A DNA stretch of 63,967 bases, filler included, from Octopus bimaculoides (taxonomy: Eukaryota), in NCBI RefSeq assembly GCF_001194135.2. It is 7 parts of 7 records of this genome, joined end to end, with 100 filler letters (N's around TTAATTAATTAA, not from the genome) between each part and the next. Parts side by side here need not be neighbours in the genome. Positions count along the whole stretch, not along the records: positions 25,690 to 48,375 come from NC_068987.1; 6 more parts are not named here. The stretch is one strand, 5' to 3'. Positions 29,074 through 42,100 of the stretch are shown here, piece by piece; the first letter of the stretch is position 1, and each line of letters begins with the position of its first letter. The notes beneath the pieces are model-generated. The model saw nothing but the letters and a program-made list of their open reading frames with translations. It searched no databases and was not told where the DNA came from. The position numbers and the translations under genes were made by a program.

Positions 29074-29627
29074 NNNNNNNNNNNNNNNNNNNNNNNNNNN
29101 NNNNNNNNNNNNNNNNNNNNNNNNNNNNNNNNNNNNNNNNNNNNNNNNNNNNNNNNNNNNNNNNNNNNNNNNNNNNNNNNNNNNNNNNNNNNNNNNNNNN
29201 NNNNNNNNNNNNNNNNNNNNNNNNNNNNNNNNNNNNNNNNNNNNNNNNNNNNNNNNNNNNNNNNNNNNNNNNNNNNNNNNNNNNNNNNNNNNNNNNNNNN
29301 NNNNNNNNNNNNNNNNNNNNNNNNNNNNNNNNNNNNNNNNNNNNNNNNNNNNNNNNNNNNNNNNNNNNNNNNNNNNNNNNNNNNNNNNNNNNNNNNNNNN
29401 NNNNNNNNNNNNNNNNNNNNNNNNNNNNNNNNNNNNNNNNNNNNNNNNNNNNNNNNNNNNNNNNNNNNNNNNNNNNNNNNNNNNNNNNNNNNNNNNNNNN
29501 NNNNNNNNNNNNNNNNNNNNNNNNNNNNNNNNNNNNNNNNNNNNNNNNNNNNNNNNNNNNNNNNNNNNNNNNNNNNNNNNNNNNNNNNNNNNNNNNNNNN
29601 NNNNNNNNNNNNNNNNNNNNNNNNNAA

Positions 29628-29661
<34 letters not shown>

Positions 29662-29789
29662 CACATGCTGATATATGATCTACGTTAGACCCCTTATTCG
29701 CATAATCACCGAACCTGGAGCTTATCTATGATTTGTCCATAGCACTTACTCAGCATTACCTGACACCTTTGCCTCTTATTGACACCATT

Positions 29790-29835
<46 letters not shown>

Positions 29836-30368
29836 NNNNNNNNNNNNNNNNNNNNNNNNNNNNNNNNNNNNNNNNNNNNNNNNNNNNNNNNNNNNNNNNN
29901 NNNNNNNNNNNNNNNNNNNNNNNNNNNNNNNNNNNNNNNNNNNNNNNNNNNNNNNNNNNNNNNNNNNNNNNNNNNNNNNNNNNNNNNNNNNNNNNNNNNN
30001 NNNNNNNNNNNNNNNNNNNNNNNNNNNNNNNNNNNNNNNNNNNNNNNNNNNNNNNNNNNNNNNNNNNNNNNNNNNNNNNNNNNNNNNNNNNNNNNNNNNN
30101 NNNNNNNNNNNNNNNNNNNNNNNNNNNNNNNNNNNNNNNNNNNNNNNNNNNNNNNNNNNNNNNNNNNNNNNNNNNNNNNNNNNNNNNNNNNNNNNNNNNN
30201 NNNNNNNNNNNNNNNNNNNNNNNNNNNNNNNNNNNNNNNNNNNNNNNNNNNNNNNNNNNNNNNNNNNNNNNNNNNNNNNNNNNNNNNNNNNNNNNNNNNN
30301 NNNNNNNNNNNNNNNNNNNNNNNNNNNNNNNNNNNNNNNNNNNNNNNNNNNNNNNNNNNNNNNNNNNN

Positions 30369-30930
30369 GGTACTTATTTCATCGACCCTGAAAGAAGGAA
30401 AAACAAAGTCTACCTCGACAAAATTTGAACTCAGAATGTATTGAATCGGAATAAATGCCGCTGACGATTCTGCCAGCTCGCTGCCTTGCTCATGCTAATA
30501 ATACTTTGTAATTTTGGCAAAAAGCCAGCAGTTTTAAGGAAACGAAAATAGCTAATTTCATTGACCCCCAGTGTTCAACTGGTACTTATTTTATCGAGCC
30601 CGAAAGGAGAAAAGACATTTGAACTTATAACGTAAAGAGCCGGAAGAAATGCTGCTAAGCATTTAATCCGACTCATCAAAGATTCTGCTAGCTCGGTGCC
30701 TCGTGAAATATTGGTTTCAAGTTTTGGCACAAAGCCTGCAATTTCGGGGGAGGAGTAAGTCGATTAAATCAACCTTCCCACTGTCCAGCTGGTACTTATT
30801 TTGTCGACCCCGAAAATATGAAAGGCAAAGTCGACCTCGGTGGAATTTGGACTTGAAGTCACAAAGAGCCGGTAGAAATATTAGTTAGCATTTTATCCGG
30901 CTCGCTAACGATTCTGCTAATTCGGACTCT
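30369..30930 (-). mobile_element. Three tandem SINE family B copies
   Basis: Repeated GGTACTTATTT..TCGACCC.GAAAG...GAACT..GAA..TA units at ~30369-30490, 30510-30700 and 30706-30930. Confidence 0.8.
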
Positions 30931-32256
30931 TGAAGTATTATAATAATAAAATCTCTCAGTTTTATCCTTGTGTCTTAGCTTTATAGACTTTCCAAAAGCT
31001 TCGTATAAATGTTATTGTTTTCCAATTTAATTCGAAAAATTTAACCATTCAATTTGAGTTAGTGCGTGTGTGTGCATATACGTAGATGCAGCTAAGGTTA
31101 CACTTTTATCATGTAGTGGATTTGCATGCATGCATGCATGTCTATTTGTATATATATGTATGTATGTATTTGTATATGTATGTAGGTAGGTAGATAGGGA
31201 GAGAAGTAAGTTGGTAGGTATTATGTAGCTATTGCGTAGGTAGGTAAGGTATGTAGTTAAGTAGGTTGATGTGAGGGTTCGTATGTGTATATGCATGTAT
31301 GCATGTACGTATGTATCAAACACAATTGCTGTTTTTATTTACTGTGTTGGGAAGGTATTGTTTTGAAAAATAAAAATGAAAGAGAATAACGTGTGGGCTG
31401 CCTATATAAATCTGTTTTATGCAAAACTTTAATATTCTTTCTATATACTAGTTCGTAAATAATGATTCTCATCACATATGCACTAACTTAGGTTCCATTG
31501 TGTGTGTTTTTGTATAAATATTTGTATGCGATGCGAACACACGTTTGTTACGATTCAATGATTCTTATGAAAGCCAACTATTTTCATTGGTTAATTCTAT
31601 GCTTACGTCACATTCAGTCAACCAATGAAATGCCACTGTTGAATATCCTGTATATCCGTTTTGAAATTAATTCGTTCAAATCTGCAGAGCAATTGTAAAT
31701 TGAACTTACGACGTAGTTTCGATTATCAGTATAAACTAGATCATTTCATTATCACCGATAAACACCCCAAAATAAATAAATGAATAAATGAATAAATAAA
31801 TAAAGAATAAAAAGTTTTGAATGGTACAACAATGCACTATAATATAAAAAATGGACTACATACCTGTTGTAATTTAGATATCTATAGTCCGATGATATTT
31901 CGGAATTACAATTCCTTCCTCAGATATTCTTAGATGGAGTCTCGAATATTAAAACATTCAGTTTTCTCCTTTATCTAAAACCTGGATTTTGGTGCCTTCT
32001 TAGAACAATAGCGTAGCATGGAATGTGATAACCTCACAGGTTGAACATTTAAGCAAAGGTGCGACCAATTTGGCTGCTGCGCGCGGTGGCCAAAACGCAT
32101 GCAACGATATTGTTTTAGTAGAAAACAATTCTTAATAGACACGTATACAAACAAGCAGACGACACACGTTGGGCTAGTAGTTCTCAACCCTTTAAAAATC
32201 CGGGCCAGATTTAAAATCTAGATCTTTTTAAGGAGCCGCACTCAAAAAAGTGAAAC

Positions 32257-32313
<57 letters not shown>

Positions 32314-32366
32314 CCTGCCTGCCTACCTGCCTGCCTACCTACCTACCTACCTACCTACCTATCTAC

Positions 32367-32411
<45 letters not shown>

Positions 32412-32832
32412 CACGTACAGTCAACCAAAATGCGTGAGTTCCCATGGCATGGTAACATGTACCATACTTTCGCAAAACCTTTTAGGTGTCTGTAAAGTCA
32501 CGAACAGATATAGACGACCTTACGGCTCCCTTGCTTTTGGCCCAGCGGAACATCTAGGATGTGAGAGCTGAAGTAAGTAAGAGCTGTATCAGTACCCAGC
32601 TAGTATCCATTCCAGCTAAGAACACTAAAATGAACTGCTTTGCTCAAAGACATAACAAGCCGCGCCCTTCAAGAATTGAACCTACGTCTATATGGTCTTG
32701 AACTAATCTATCATCTTCTTTGGTTCTTCATGGTTGACCATAGTGTAACTAATCTCTGAAGATCTTATGAAGCAGACGCCTATCAGACACACAACAACAT
32801 GGAAGAGCCCTAGATGTGTATATGCTGTGGAG

Positions 32833-32940
32833 CTCAAGTGATGTGTACACAGTGGGCTTTCTCAGGTGAGGTACATTGAGTGTGCCATCTCAGGTAATGA
32901 GTACATAGTGTGCCATCTGAGGTGATGTGTTTATTTGTGT
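32833..32940. repeat. 28-bp minisatellite, 4 copies
   Basis: Units start at 32833, 32861, 32889 and 32917 (CTCAGGTGATGTGTACATAGTGTGCCAT-like). Confidence 0.85.
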
Positions 32941-33069
32941 GTCTATCCTTGGACTGCCACCCTCAGACCAAACTGGCCGAACGATTTGATTTCTTTTCTT
33001 GTCTTTTCTCTTAAACATACTCACGTATGGACACATATTTGTGAACATTCATATTTTGTTTATATTTAC

Positions 33070-35716
33070 TAGTGGCCCCCGTGGATATTTCACACCCTCA
33101 GAGGAGATATTATGCCTGCCTGGTGTCCAAGCCACGCTGATCAGCATCGCCCGGCTCGGAAGGTTTCGTAAGATCCCTCTTATGATCCCGAAAACGGCCC
33201 GCGTGCTGGTGGCTGATAACCTCGCATCCTCAATCGAATAAGTCCTAGAATCTGGTCGACCTAGCGATTGGGATCAACTGTTTTATTTTGCTCTGCTTGC
33301 ACTTGGTCTTTTCAACACCGCTGCCGATCGGGCTGGCGTCCATAACTAGCGTGTTCAAATATGCTGCACTCCGCTCATTCGCGCGCCCGCAGTCCTTCAC
33401 TCCTTACACCGGCTCAAAGCATTTACGCGACTGGGTAAACGCCAAACGTATCGAAGACGATGTCTCAATGGCGGTCAGAATTGTCGCCTCTGATCACACC
33501 GTCCTCTACTCTGCTGAAGAGATCTTTGCTCTCTCCTGAGCCACCTGCAAACCTCAGACCCATGTCCTCACCCGATTTTCAGACGCCGTACGTGGCCTAC
33601 GAGAAAGATATATCCTCTCTGCTCTGAAGTCTTTCCTTGCCAGTAACGGCGGAGGTGCCGACGGTCTCCGACCCGGCCCCTTCAAAGACTTGATGTCTTC
33701 ACTTACTGCCGAAGCCAGCCGCCGCTTGCTGAGCGCAACTACAGCTCAGACTAATTCACAGCGTCCTGGACCCTTATCTCCGAGGTTTCTTCTTTTCAGC
33801 TCGCCTAATCGCTCTCAAGAAGGATAGGGGAATGTGTCCCATCACTGAAGGCAACGTCTTCTAGAGACTCGCGGCCGAAGTCATCCGCAGTTCTGTCGCA
33901 CCTGAATTGGGTGAGGAACTCAGCCCGGTACCACCGGAGGCCGGCGTAGCCAGTGAGTGCGAGGGAACCATCCATACCGCTAGGCAGCACTTCAATGACT
34001 GTCCTCCTGAACTGACATCGAGAGATTCCAAGCGCCTTATTGTCAAACTTGACATTGAAAATTGCTTTCAACTGTCTGCACCGTGACCACTTGCTCCAGG
34101 CCTGACTCAGCCGTGCCCCATCTGCCTACCCGCTGGCTTGCCTGTTGTACCCGCTGAGCATGCTCTTCACCTTAGATAAGGGACTGGCGTTCAACAGGGT
34201 GATTCACTGGGCTCCCTCCTGTTCATTCTCGGGGTGGATAGCATTTCTTGGATCATGCATCACAGCTCCTTTCAACGTCTGATACTGGGACAATGCGACG
34301 ATAGGTGGGCCATTAGAGAGTGTCTGCTATGATCTTTAATCAGTGGTTTCCGCTCTAGCGAGAGTTTGCCTCAAAATAAACCCATACAAGTCGGTGGTTG
34401 TGTACATCAACTATGGGGCTTTGCGGTCTCCGTCTTAGACGTACGTTTACTACTTCACCAGGTACAGGCGACCTCGAAAGAGGACGTCCTTATCCTCGGT
34501 TCACCAATCTTCCCGCCTGCCATTCACTCCATCTCATGTCTAAGCAATCGCCAGCTTGAAAGATCAACGAACAGACTGAATGTGAGCGGCGGCCACCCAG
34601 CACTGTTCCTGTTAAGGATCTGCTTCGCCATGTCTAAGTTATTGTATAGCTTCTGCAGTGCTCCTTGCATGGGCCACGTATCTCTCACGCGGTCTCGACG
34701 CCTGAATTCAATTGGACGTCGAAGAAGTATGCAACGTTCGGTTCGACGACACCGGATGGCAGTAGGCTACTTTACCCATCAAATATAGCAGCTTCGGCTT
34801 TCAATCTCCGTTCTCACTGGCCCTGTCGGCTTTTCCCTCGTCAGTGACCTCTTGCTGTGTCTTCATTAACAGGGTTCTCCACAACATAGCCGAACCATCT
34901 GTGATCGGAGAGCGCGAGGTGGCTTACGCGACATGGAACCAGCTCGGCCTGGGCCTTGCCAACATCCACCTTCATCTCCTCTCTGAGGACGTCCGGTCTG
35001 CTCAAAAGAGAAGGGTTGCCATCCAGTGTCGCATGATCACAGACGAGTTAGTGTACCATCTGGCATGTTTCCGCTCAGCCTCTGAGCCTCACAGCAGAAC
35101 CTGGTTAAATGCAGTGCCATCACTCGCGGCCGGCACTCTTGGCATCGGCGTTTCCCCGAGACTTGGCCTCCAGATTTCTAAGCCTCAATGAATACCGCTA
35201 CGGGTCCACTGTGGATTTTTTTCGGCCTCTGCCTACTGTCATGCCATCATAGTGTCGGCCGCCTTCCATGCCATGGCACCCTTAAGAAAATCACAAAGCA
35301 TAGTCTCGATGCTGCAGGCTTTCTTTCCTAGCACGAGCCAGCGGAGCTAGACTGACGGGACGGTAAAAGGCGTGTCGGTATGGTTATTTTTCTGTTCCGT
35401 GACGGCAGGCACCTCATCAAAGATGTCGCATGCTGTGATAATTTCTCTAGCGGTAACTCGGTGTGTTCAGCTATCAGCCCAGGCCCCGTTGCTCGTCAAG
35501 CTGAGAAAAGCAAATTGTCAAGGTACCAGTCACTCTATGGCAGGTCGACTTGTGGCAACAGAGGTCTCCAGCGTCTTCGGTTCCCCGACCAATATACCCG
35601 CTCACCACTATCGGGGCGGAGATGGCTATCAGCAAGTGCGAGCTCCACGGCTGTTCCAGCGCATCTCTTTCGCTATTTCGTCTGTTAGGGCCGTGAAGTG
35701 GTCTGAATTATTATAG
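33070..35716 (+). mobile_element. Decayed CRE-clade non-LTR retrotransposon (RT plus restriction-like endonuclease)
   Basis: Across frameshifts and stops: IPKTARVLVADNL, GGGADGLRPG (~33650), KLDIENCF (~34045), TGVQQGDSLGSLLF (~34183), YWDNATIGG (~34283; cf. YLDDxTIGG), then RLE-type DGRHLIKDVACCD, AEKSKLSRY, LFQRISFAI. Motif order and spacing match CRE-clade ORFs. Confidence 0.85.
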
Positions 35717-36021
35717 GAAATTGTACGTTTTATTCTCCTTAATGTAAAATTACTCCATGTATGTTAAATTATATATTTTTAGAGTGTAAACTATTAGACT
35801 TGGTAAAGTGAATATTATTTCCTGCGTCATGCATCTAAATTGCGGCGAAATTTTTTCCCTTCGAAAAAAATTTCGCTGAATTGCGTGCGATCGCAGGTGA
35901 TGACTTCACCTATCATTCTTTGGGATTTGATAAAATTTATACTAGTTGAGTACCGAGTGGATGTAATGGGGTTGCTGCCTTTCCAGAACTTCTTACCTTT
36001 TGCCTATAGGGGAAAGAATGA

Positions 36022-36238
36022 TTAAGGGCAGGGAGCAGTATCAGCAGCGCTGCGCCGGATATAGTGCTTAGTAGTATATCTCTTCTGACTCTTTACAATC
36101 TGAGTTCAAACTCCGCCCACACCAACTTTGTTGTTTTTTCTTTTGGGCTCAATAAAATAAGTATCAGTCGATCATTGGGGTCGACGAGTTATCTCCTCCT
36201 GCAAAATTTCTGGCCTTGTGCCAAAATTTGAAACCGTT
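36022..36238 (+). mobile_element. SINE family B copy (diverged)
   Basis: CTGAGTTCAAACTCCGCC...AAAATAAGTA...GGGGTCGAC...CCTTGTGCCAAAATTTGAAACC. Confidence 0.7.
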
Positions 36239-39200
36239 ATGTGTGGTGGAAAAAACTAAGACATTTATTTGGTTGAAGAAGGTTTTATTTGTTTTAAATT
36301 ATAGAATAATATTTACAATTAGAATTGAATTTACAAATGCTGTAACCTGCAAAATGCAAATATTGAATTGAAGGAGTGTCATATATTTTTATTCAATACA
36401 TTTGCTGTGCAATAACCTATAACTAATTCAGAATCATTTTTAGGAAGTAAATTTGTTAATCGCAAATATTTTCTATCTTTCAGAGGTCAGAAACAATCTG
36501 AGCCGACGTTCAACGAACCGAAACAGAAATTTCTTTTGCTATAGAAAAGAGATGGATTTTTTTTTCGTAAAAGTTACCTAAAGTTTTCGTTGATCTTAAA
36601 GTAAAATATGTTATAATACCTATTCTGCAGTTTAGATTAGTTCTTTTAATATAAATAGAAATTTAATAAAACAAAAAGACAATATATACAGGCTGGTCCA
36701 TCTTCATTTAACAGAAATAGAAAAATATCGTTATTCACAAATATAATCTGGAATGATTTAAAGTTTTTGAAACTTAAAAATTTTTCAAATTGACTAGAAA
36801 TGGTGAAATTTGAATGACCAGATATTTGAGGAGCTTAAAACATCAGTTTCTTAAATATATACAAAATCTTGGATTATTTATTTGATGGTTAAATGGAATT
36901 GTGATGTGTAACGTTCATACTTTTAATTATGAAATAAAGGCGCAAAATATTGAGTATGCGGCATTAAAAATTGGTCTTTTATTACTACAAATATTTTGAT
37001 TTGTCTGGTGCATGAATCGTCTGCTTAAAGCAGTTCAGCAATGTTGCCAGTAGTATCAGAAGTTCATCTGGTTTGAACATTATAACGAATTTTCTCCGAC
37101 CCTCGCTCCATTAACTCAGATGTACTCCAAAGCTAAGCTTTGTCACCATCGGTTTTTTCTCTCTCCGAGTAACAGCTTAATCGTGGAGTTTTTGTTTTAT
37201 TGTCACTTATCTGAGTTCAAACTGACGTGCACTTTTACTCAGATAGAAAGTACACTTCTTGCTTATGTCCCGAAGTTAGGTCAATTTCAAATGCAACGTA
37301 AATATTCTTAGTAAAATATTTTTCATTCTTCATAAACACTGTGTTCAGAAATCTCTTGAAATACAGACTTGATAAATTAGTTTCAGTGAATAAAGAATAA
37401 TAAAAGAAAGGAATTCTTTACACAACTCAGGAAAATAAGATAACGAAGTAGCCTCTATATGATCACTTGATATGCTAGAAATACCAACTAAATCTCACTC
37501 ATCTTAAAAAAGAACGGATACATTGAATAATGTCTCGCAACCTCATTCAGGCGGTAATTTAGTGTCCCACCATTTTGTTACGTATGTCATTTTACTGATT
37601 CGGAGATCGGTAATCTGTCAATTATTTTTGGATATTTAACCAGCAGTTAAATTATTTTCTGTCTCCTGTCTTTATTTAGACAGTGTTGAAGCCCGTTTTA
37701 CTTTGCTCTGTCTATTACTTAACGGTTGTTCGCTCTCTCTTTTAGTTTCATTGCCACAGAACATGATCGGCTCCTTTTTCAGTTGCCTACAAATTTCGAG
37801 ACATATTCAATTGATTGAGAAATCATTTGCATTCGTTATTTCTCCCAGTTTATAAACATGTATGTTGTATGTGTTTTCTCTTTATGGCCGACCATTATCT
37901 TTTAGTACACATTTGACTTTACAAACAAGAAAATACGAACACTTTCTACAATGGCTAAATATTTTGTACAACCACGAACGTATGGTTCTAAATTTTCAAC
38001 AACTCATGAAAAAGTTGCTTTGATTGGTCTTATTGCGTTTTTCCTATTCTATGCTTAAGTTACTGTCCTGCTACAAACCCGTTTTCATGAACCATGTCCT
38101 GCCTAGCTATTATTGAATTATTGCATCAATAAGACCGGAAAGGGTTTCTTTCTTTCTTTCTTTCTTTTTTTATATTAAAATGTTTCTTGGGCTCTGGGAC
38201 TCATAAGATCGGTTACCCGGTTTCCAAAGTGTATAAGTGACCGAGATCGCAACACTCCTGAACGAGTCGTCTATACGTTGCCAGGTTCGACCAAACATTG
38301 CACTCAGCAACAAAACACATGCGTAGAAGATAAAAATACCAGTAATAAAAAAACAATAAAGACGAGCACAAAACAAGCTAAACAACATATAAACATACTT
38401 CTAAATGTCACAGTCTGATCAAGGTCGACCTGGGATTAAATAACAAAGGGAAGTGTATACAAAGGTATACTGGATTGGGAAGAAAATACAATTTGCTCAC
38501 ATTGCACTACATACGATTATTCACCATATCTCCAAAATGCGAAATGAGAGCTTTATTCAGAAGGGGACAAGCGTATCTGAAGCAATGGATCTAATACTGG
38601 ATTATCAGATGAATTCGTCTCCTCCACCACTTTTATTGTAATCCTTTCTAATGTTAATTGAATTAACATGAAGAATATTTTTATCGTCGTATTTCATGTG
38701 TGTTTTTTTAGCCCTATTCTTCCTTTATAATTTTTGAAATTTGAATAAATTTTACCTTTTCAAACATATGACGAATTACCAAGTAAAAATAATAAAAAAA
38801 AAACCCAAGAAATTTATCTGACAATTCAATACATCGTACTTAATCATTCAACTGAATGAATTCCAATCGATCTGGATTGATCTAGGGATTATACGACGCC
38901 ATTACTACTATCTTTCAATCTTCGATAACCTTTTACAACAAATTTAGATATTTCTCGTAGCAGGCAGCTCTTTGTGAGTCGAGACAAAAAATTAAAGCTA
39001 CTGGCGACTTGTTTTCGGTTCCTTTCATTTATGTCATAAACATCACAATTCTATTTTGTTCTTCTAAAAATATTAGCTTTCATATTTTATCTGGAGAAAG
39101 TATCACAGAAACTTTTACGTGTACTCTGTTTGAGATTCTAGAGTACGGTGACAGCCAACTGCGATATGCTTTTAAGAAATAAAAAGCAAATTTTCTTTCA

Positions 39201-39354
39201 TACTGCAAGTACAATACTAACTTTCCGGATACTGGTAGTCCGGAGCCTCTTATAATTTACCCTAATTTACGAGTGGAAATCTACAAACTTCCGCGGTTGC
39301 CAGACTGAGTGACCGTATTTTACAGTACTTTGCACAATACAGTATTAATACATT

Positions 39355-39676
39355 GTGCATGGCTAAGTGGTTTGGGTATTCGGCTCAAGATTGTAAGGTC
39401 GTAAGTTCGATTCCCGGCGGTGTGTTGTGTCCTTGAGCAAAACACTTTATTTCACGTTGCTCCAGTTTGCTAGAAAATGCCAAAAAATGAGTAGTACCTG
39501 TATTTTAAAGGGCCAGTCTTGTCACATTCTCTGTCACGCCGAATCTCCCTGAGAACTACGTTGAGGGTACGCGTGTCTGTGGGGTGCTCAGCCACTTGCA
39601 TGTTAATTTCCCGAGCAAGCTCTTCCGTTGATTGGATCAACTGGAACCTTCGTCGTCGTAAGCGACGGAGGGCCAG
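39355..39676 (+). mobile_element. SINE family C (tRNA head plus CORE-like block)
   Basis: GCTAAGTGGTTTGGG...GTTCGATTCCCGG head, then TTGTGTCCTTGAGCAAAACACTTTATTTCAC resembling the CORE-SINE block. Other copies listed separately. Confidence 0.85.
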
Positions 39677-39702
39677 TTATTCTACAATCACATCATTTAT
39701 AC

Positions 39703-39949
39703 CAGGGGTTCTCAAACGGGGACCCCATGACCGTTAGAGGTCCACATAAGATTTGTTAAAAATTATGTGCACCAGATCGGTTATTCTTCTACGAGACACG
39801 AAGTATTTTAACAATTTTTAAAAATACAATTCTTTATAATATTTAATTCTAAAATTACAATAGGATTTTAAAAATTTCAAATAGTTACGAGGATCCAGTA
39901 GAATCGGAACCAAAGGGGTCCACGAGCTAAAAATGGTTGGGAACCACTG
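39703..39949. mobile_element. hAT (Charlie-like) MITE, 247 bp
   Basis: Ends CAGGGGTTCTCAAAC ... GGTTGGGAACCACTG, flanked by an 8-bp TSD ATTTATAC / ATTGATAC (7/8 match). Confidence 0.8.
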
Positions 39950-40104
39950 ATTGATACTAATGTACAGGTACCTGTATTCCATTTAACTGTTTAAATAAAT
40001 TCAATATTTGTTTAATTTAGAGGTGACCATTCTTGGTTCGGAAATATCAGTAATACAGAAGGGCTTCGGAACCAAAAGTTCCGGAAAATCGGTGTTGTAT
40101 TTAC

Positions 40105-40580
40105 TCTTTTATTTGTTTCAGTTATTTTGACTGCGGCCATGTTGGAGCACCGCCTTTAGTCGAACAAATTGACCCCAGAAGTTATTCTTTGTAAGCCTAG
40201 TATTTATTCTATCGGATTCTATTGCCGAACCGCTAAGTTGTGGGGACGTAAACACACCAACATCGGTTGTCAAGCGATGGTGGAGGGGGGGACAAACACA
40301 GGCATACAAACATGTATGTATGTAGTGCATTGTTGCGCCATTCAAGACACATTATTTTTTACAAACAATACACAATGCTTCAAGCGAACCACAATACTCT
40401 CCTATATACTTTGAAAAATTATATATANNNNNNNNNNAGTTTCCGTTTACCAAATCCACTTACAAGGCTTTGGTCGACCCGAGCTATAGCAGAAGACACT
40501 TGCCCAAGGTGCCACGCAGTCGGACTGAACCCAGAACCATGTGATTGATAAGCAAGCGAGTTACCATACAGCCACTCCTA
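40105..40580 (-). mobile_element. SINE family A copy
   Basis: Both halves match the family consensus; extra sequence and a small gap in the middle. Confidence 0.85.
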
Positions 40581-40714
40581 TTAATTTCATTTGACTGCCA
40601 CTCGCCATTAATCATTTCAAATTTGCCTGGTTATTCGTAAATTAATATAATTTATAAAATTTACGTGGATTTAGTTTCAATATTTTATAGAAAAATAATG
40701 AAACTATTCATAAT

Positions 40715-40920
40715 TGTTTCTAAATTGGGATACAATTTTGAGGGGAGGGGAACATAGTCGATTTAACCGACCCAGTTCCTGACTGGTATTTTATTTCATT
40801 GACTCTAGAGGAGTGAAAGGCAAGCCGGCTTCTGCAGCATCTGAACTCAGAACGTAAAAAGCCGGAATAGGTACTGCAAGGCATTTTATGCGACGCACCT
40901 TCGATTTTGCCAGTTCACAA
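40715..40920 (-). mobile_element. SINE family B copy (diverged)
   Basis: Reverse-complement match to the 46365 copy. Confidence 0.7.
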
Positions 40921-40942
40921 CTCCAAAGAAAATTATTACTTT

Positions 40943-41344
40943 CTCTTTTACTTGTTTCAGTCATTTGACTGCGGCCATGCTGGAGCACCACCTTTAGTCG
41001 AGCAAATCGACCCCGGGACTTAATCTTTGTAAGCCTAGTACTTATTCTATCGGTCTCTTTTGCCGAACCGCTAGGTTACGGGGATATAATCACACCAGCA
41101 TCGGTTGTCAAGCGATGCTAGGGGGAAAAACACAGACACACAAACACACACATACATACATACATATATACATATATACGACGGGCTTCTTTCAGTTTCC
41201 GTCTACCAAATCCACTCACAAGGCCTTCGTCGGCCCGAGGCTATAGTAGAAGACACTTGCCCAAGATGCCACGCAGTGGGACTGAACCCAGAACCATGTG
41301 GTTGGTAAGCAAGCTACTTACCACACAGCCACGCCTGCGCCTAT
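40943..41344 (-). mobile_element. SINE family A, full-length young copy
   Basis: Complete head (ATAGGCGCAGGCGTGGCTGTGTGGTAAGTAGC), body, internal microsatellite and tail. Confidence 0.92.
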
Positions 41345-42100
41345 ATTAATAATAAATAATTAGTAATATCATTAAAATAAAATATATAAAATATTTTAAA
41401 ACCTAATTTCAGTTATTTTTTTTTCCAGCCAAATGCTTTTGGCCCAAACTTGAAGCAAAGTTTTTTAGNNNNNNNNNNNNNNNNNNNNNNNNNNNNNNNN
41501 NNNNNNNNNNNNNNNNNNNNNNNNNNNNNNNNNNNNNNNNNNNNNNNNNNNNNNNNNNNNNNNNNNNNNNNNNNNNNNNNNNNNNNNNNNNNNNNNNNNN
41601 NNNNNNNNNNNNNNNNNNNNNNNNNNNNNNNNNNNNNNNNNNNNNNNNNNNNNNNNNNNNNNNNNNNNNNNNNNNNNNNNNNNNNNNNNNNNNNNNNNNN
41701 NNNNNNNNNNNNNNNNNNNNNNNNNNNNNNNNNNNNNNNNNNNNNNNNNNNNNNNNNNNNNNNNNNNNNNNNNNNNNNNNNNNNNNNNNNNNNNNNNNNN
41801 NNNNNNNNNNNNNNNNNNNNNNNNNNNNNNNNNNNNNNNNNNNNNNNNNNNNNNNNNNNNNNNNNNNNNNNNNNNNNNNNNNNNNNNNNNNNNNNNNNNN
41901 NNNNNNNNNNNNNNNNNNNNNNNNNNNNNNNNNNNNNNNNNNNNNNNNNNNNNNNNNNNNNNNNNNNNNNNNNNNNNNNNNNNNNNNNNNNNNNNNNNNN
42001 NNNNNNNNNNNNNNNNNNNNNNNNNNNNNNNNNNNNNNNNNNNNNNNNNNNNNNNNNNNNNNNNNNNNNNNNNNNNNNNNNNNNNNNNNNNNNNNNNNNN

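Noticed and set aside
32833-32940. Regularly spaced 28-bp repeats as a CRISPR-like array
   Set aside because: The units are contiguous with no unique spacers, there are no cas genes, and the context is eukaryotic.
36294-36346. Possible terminal exon GYSICKFNSNCKYYSII-stop for the minus-strand gene
   Set aside because: It has a good acceptor and compatible phase, but it is very short, AT-rich and has no independent support.
39355-39430. tRNA-like A/B-box sequences here and at other SINE heads
   Set aside because: They run directly into SINE bodies and lack a full cloverleaf, so they are not tRNA genes.
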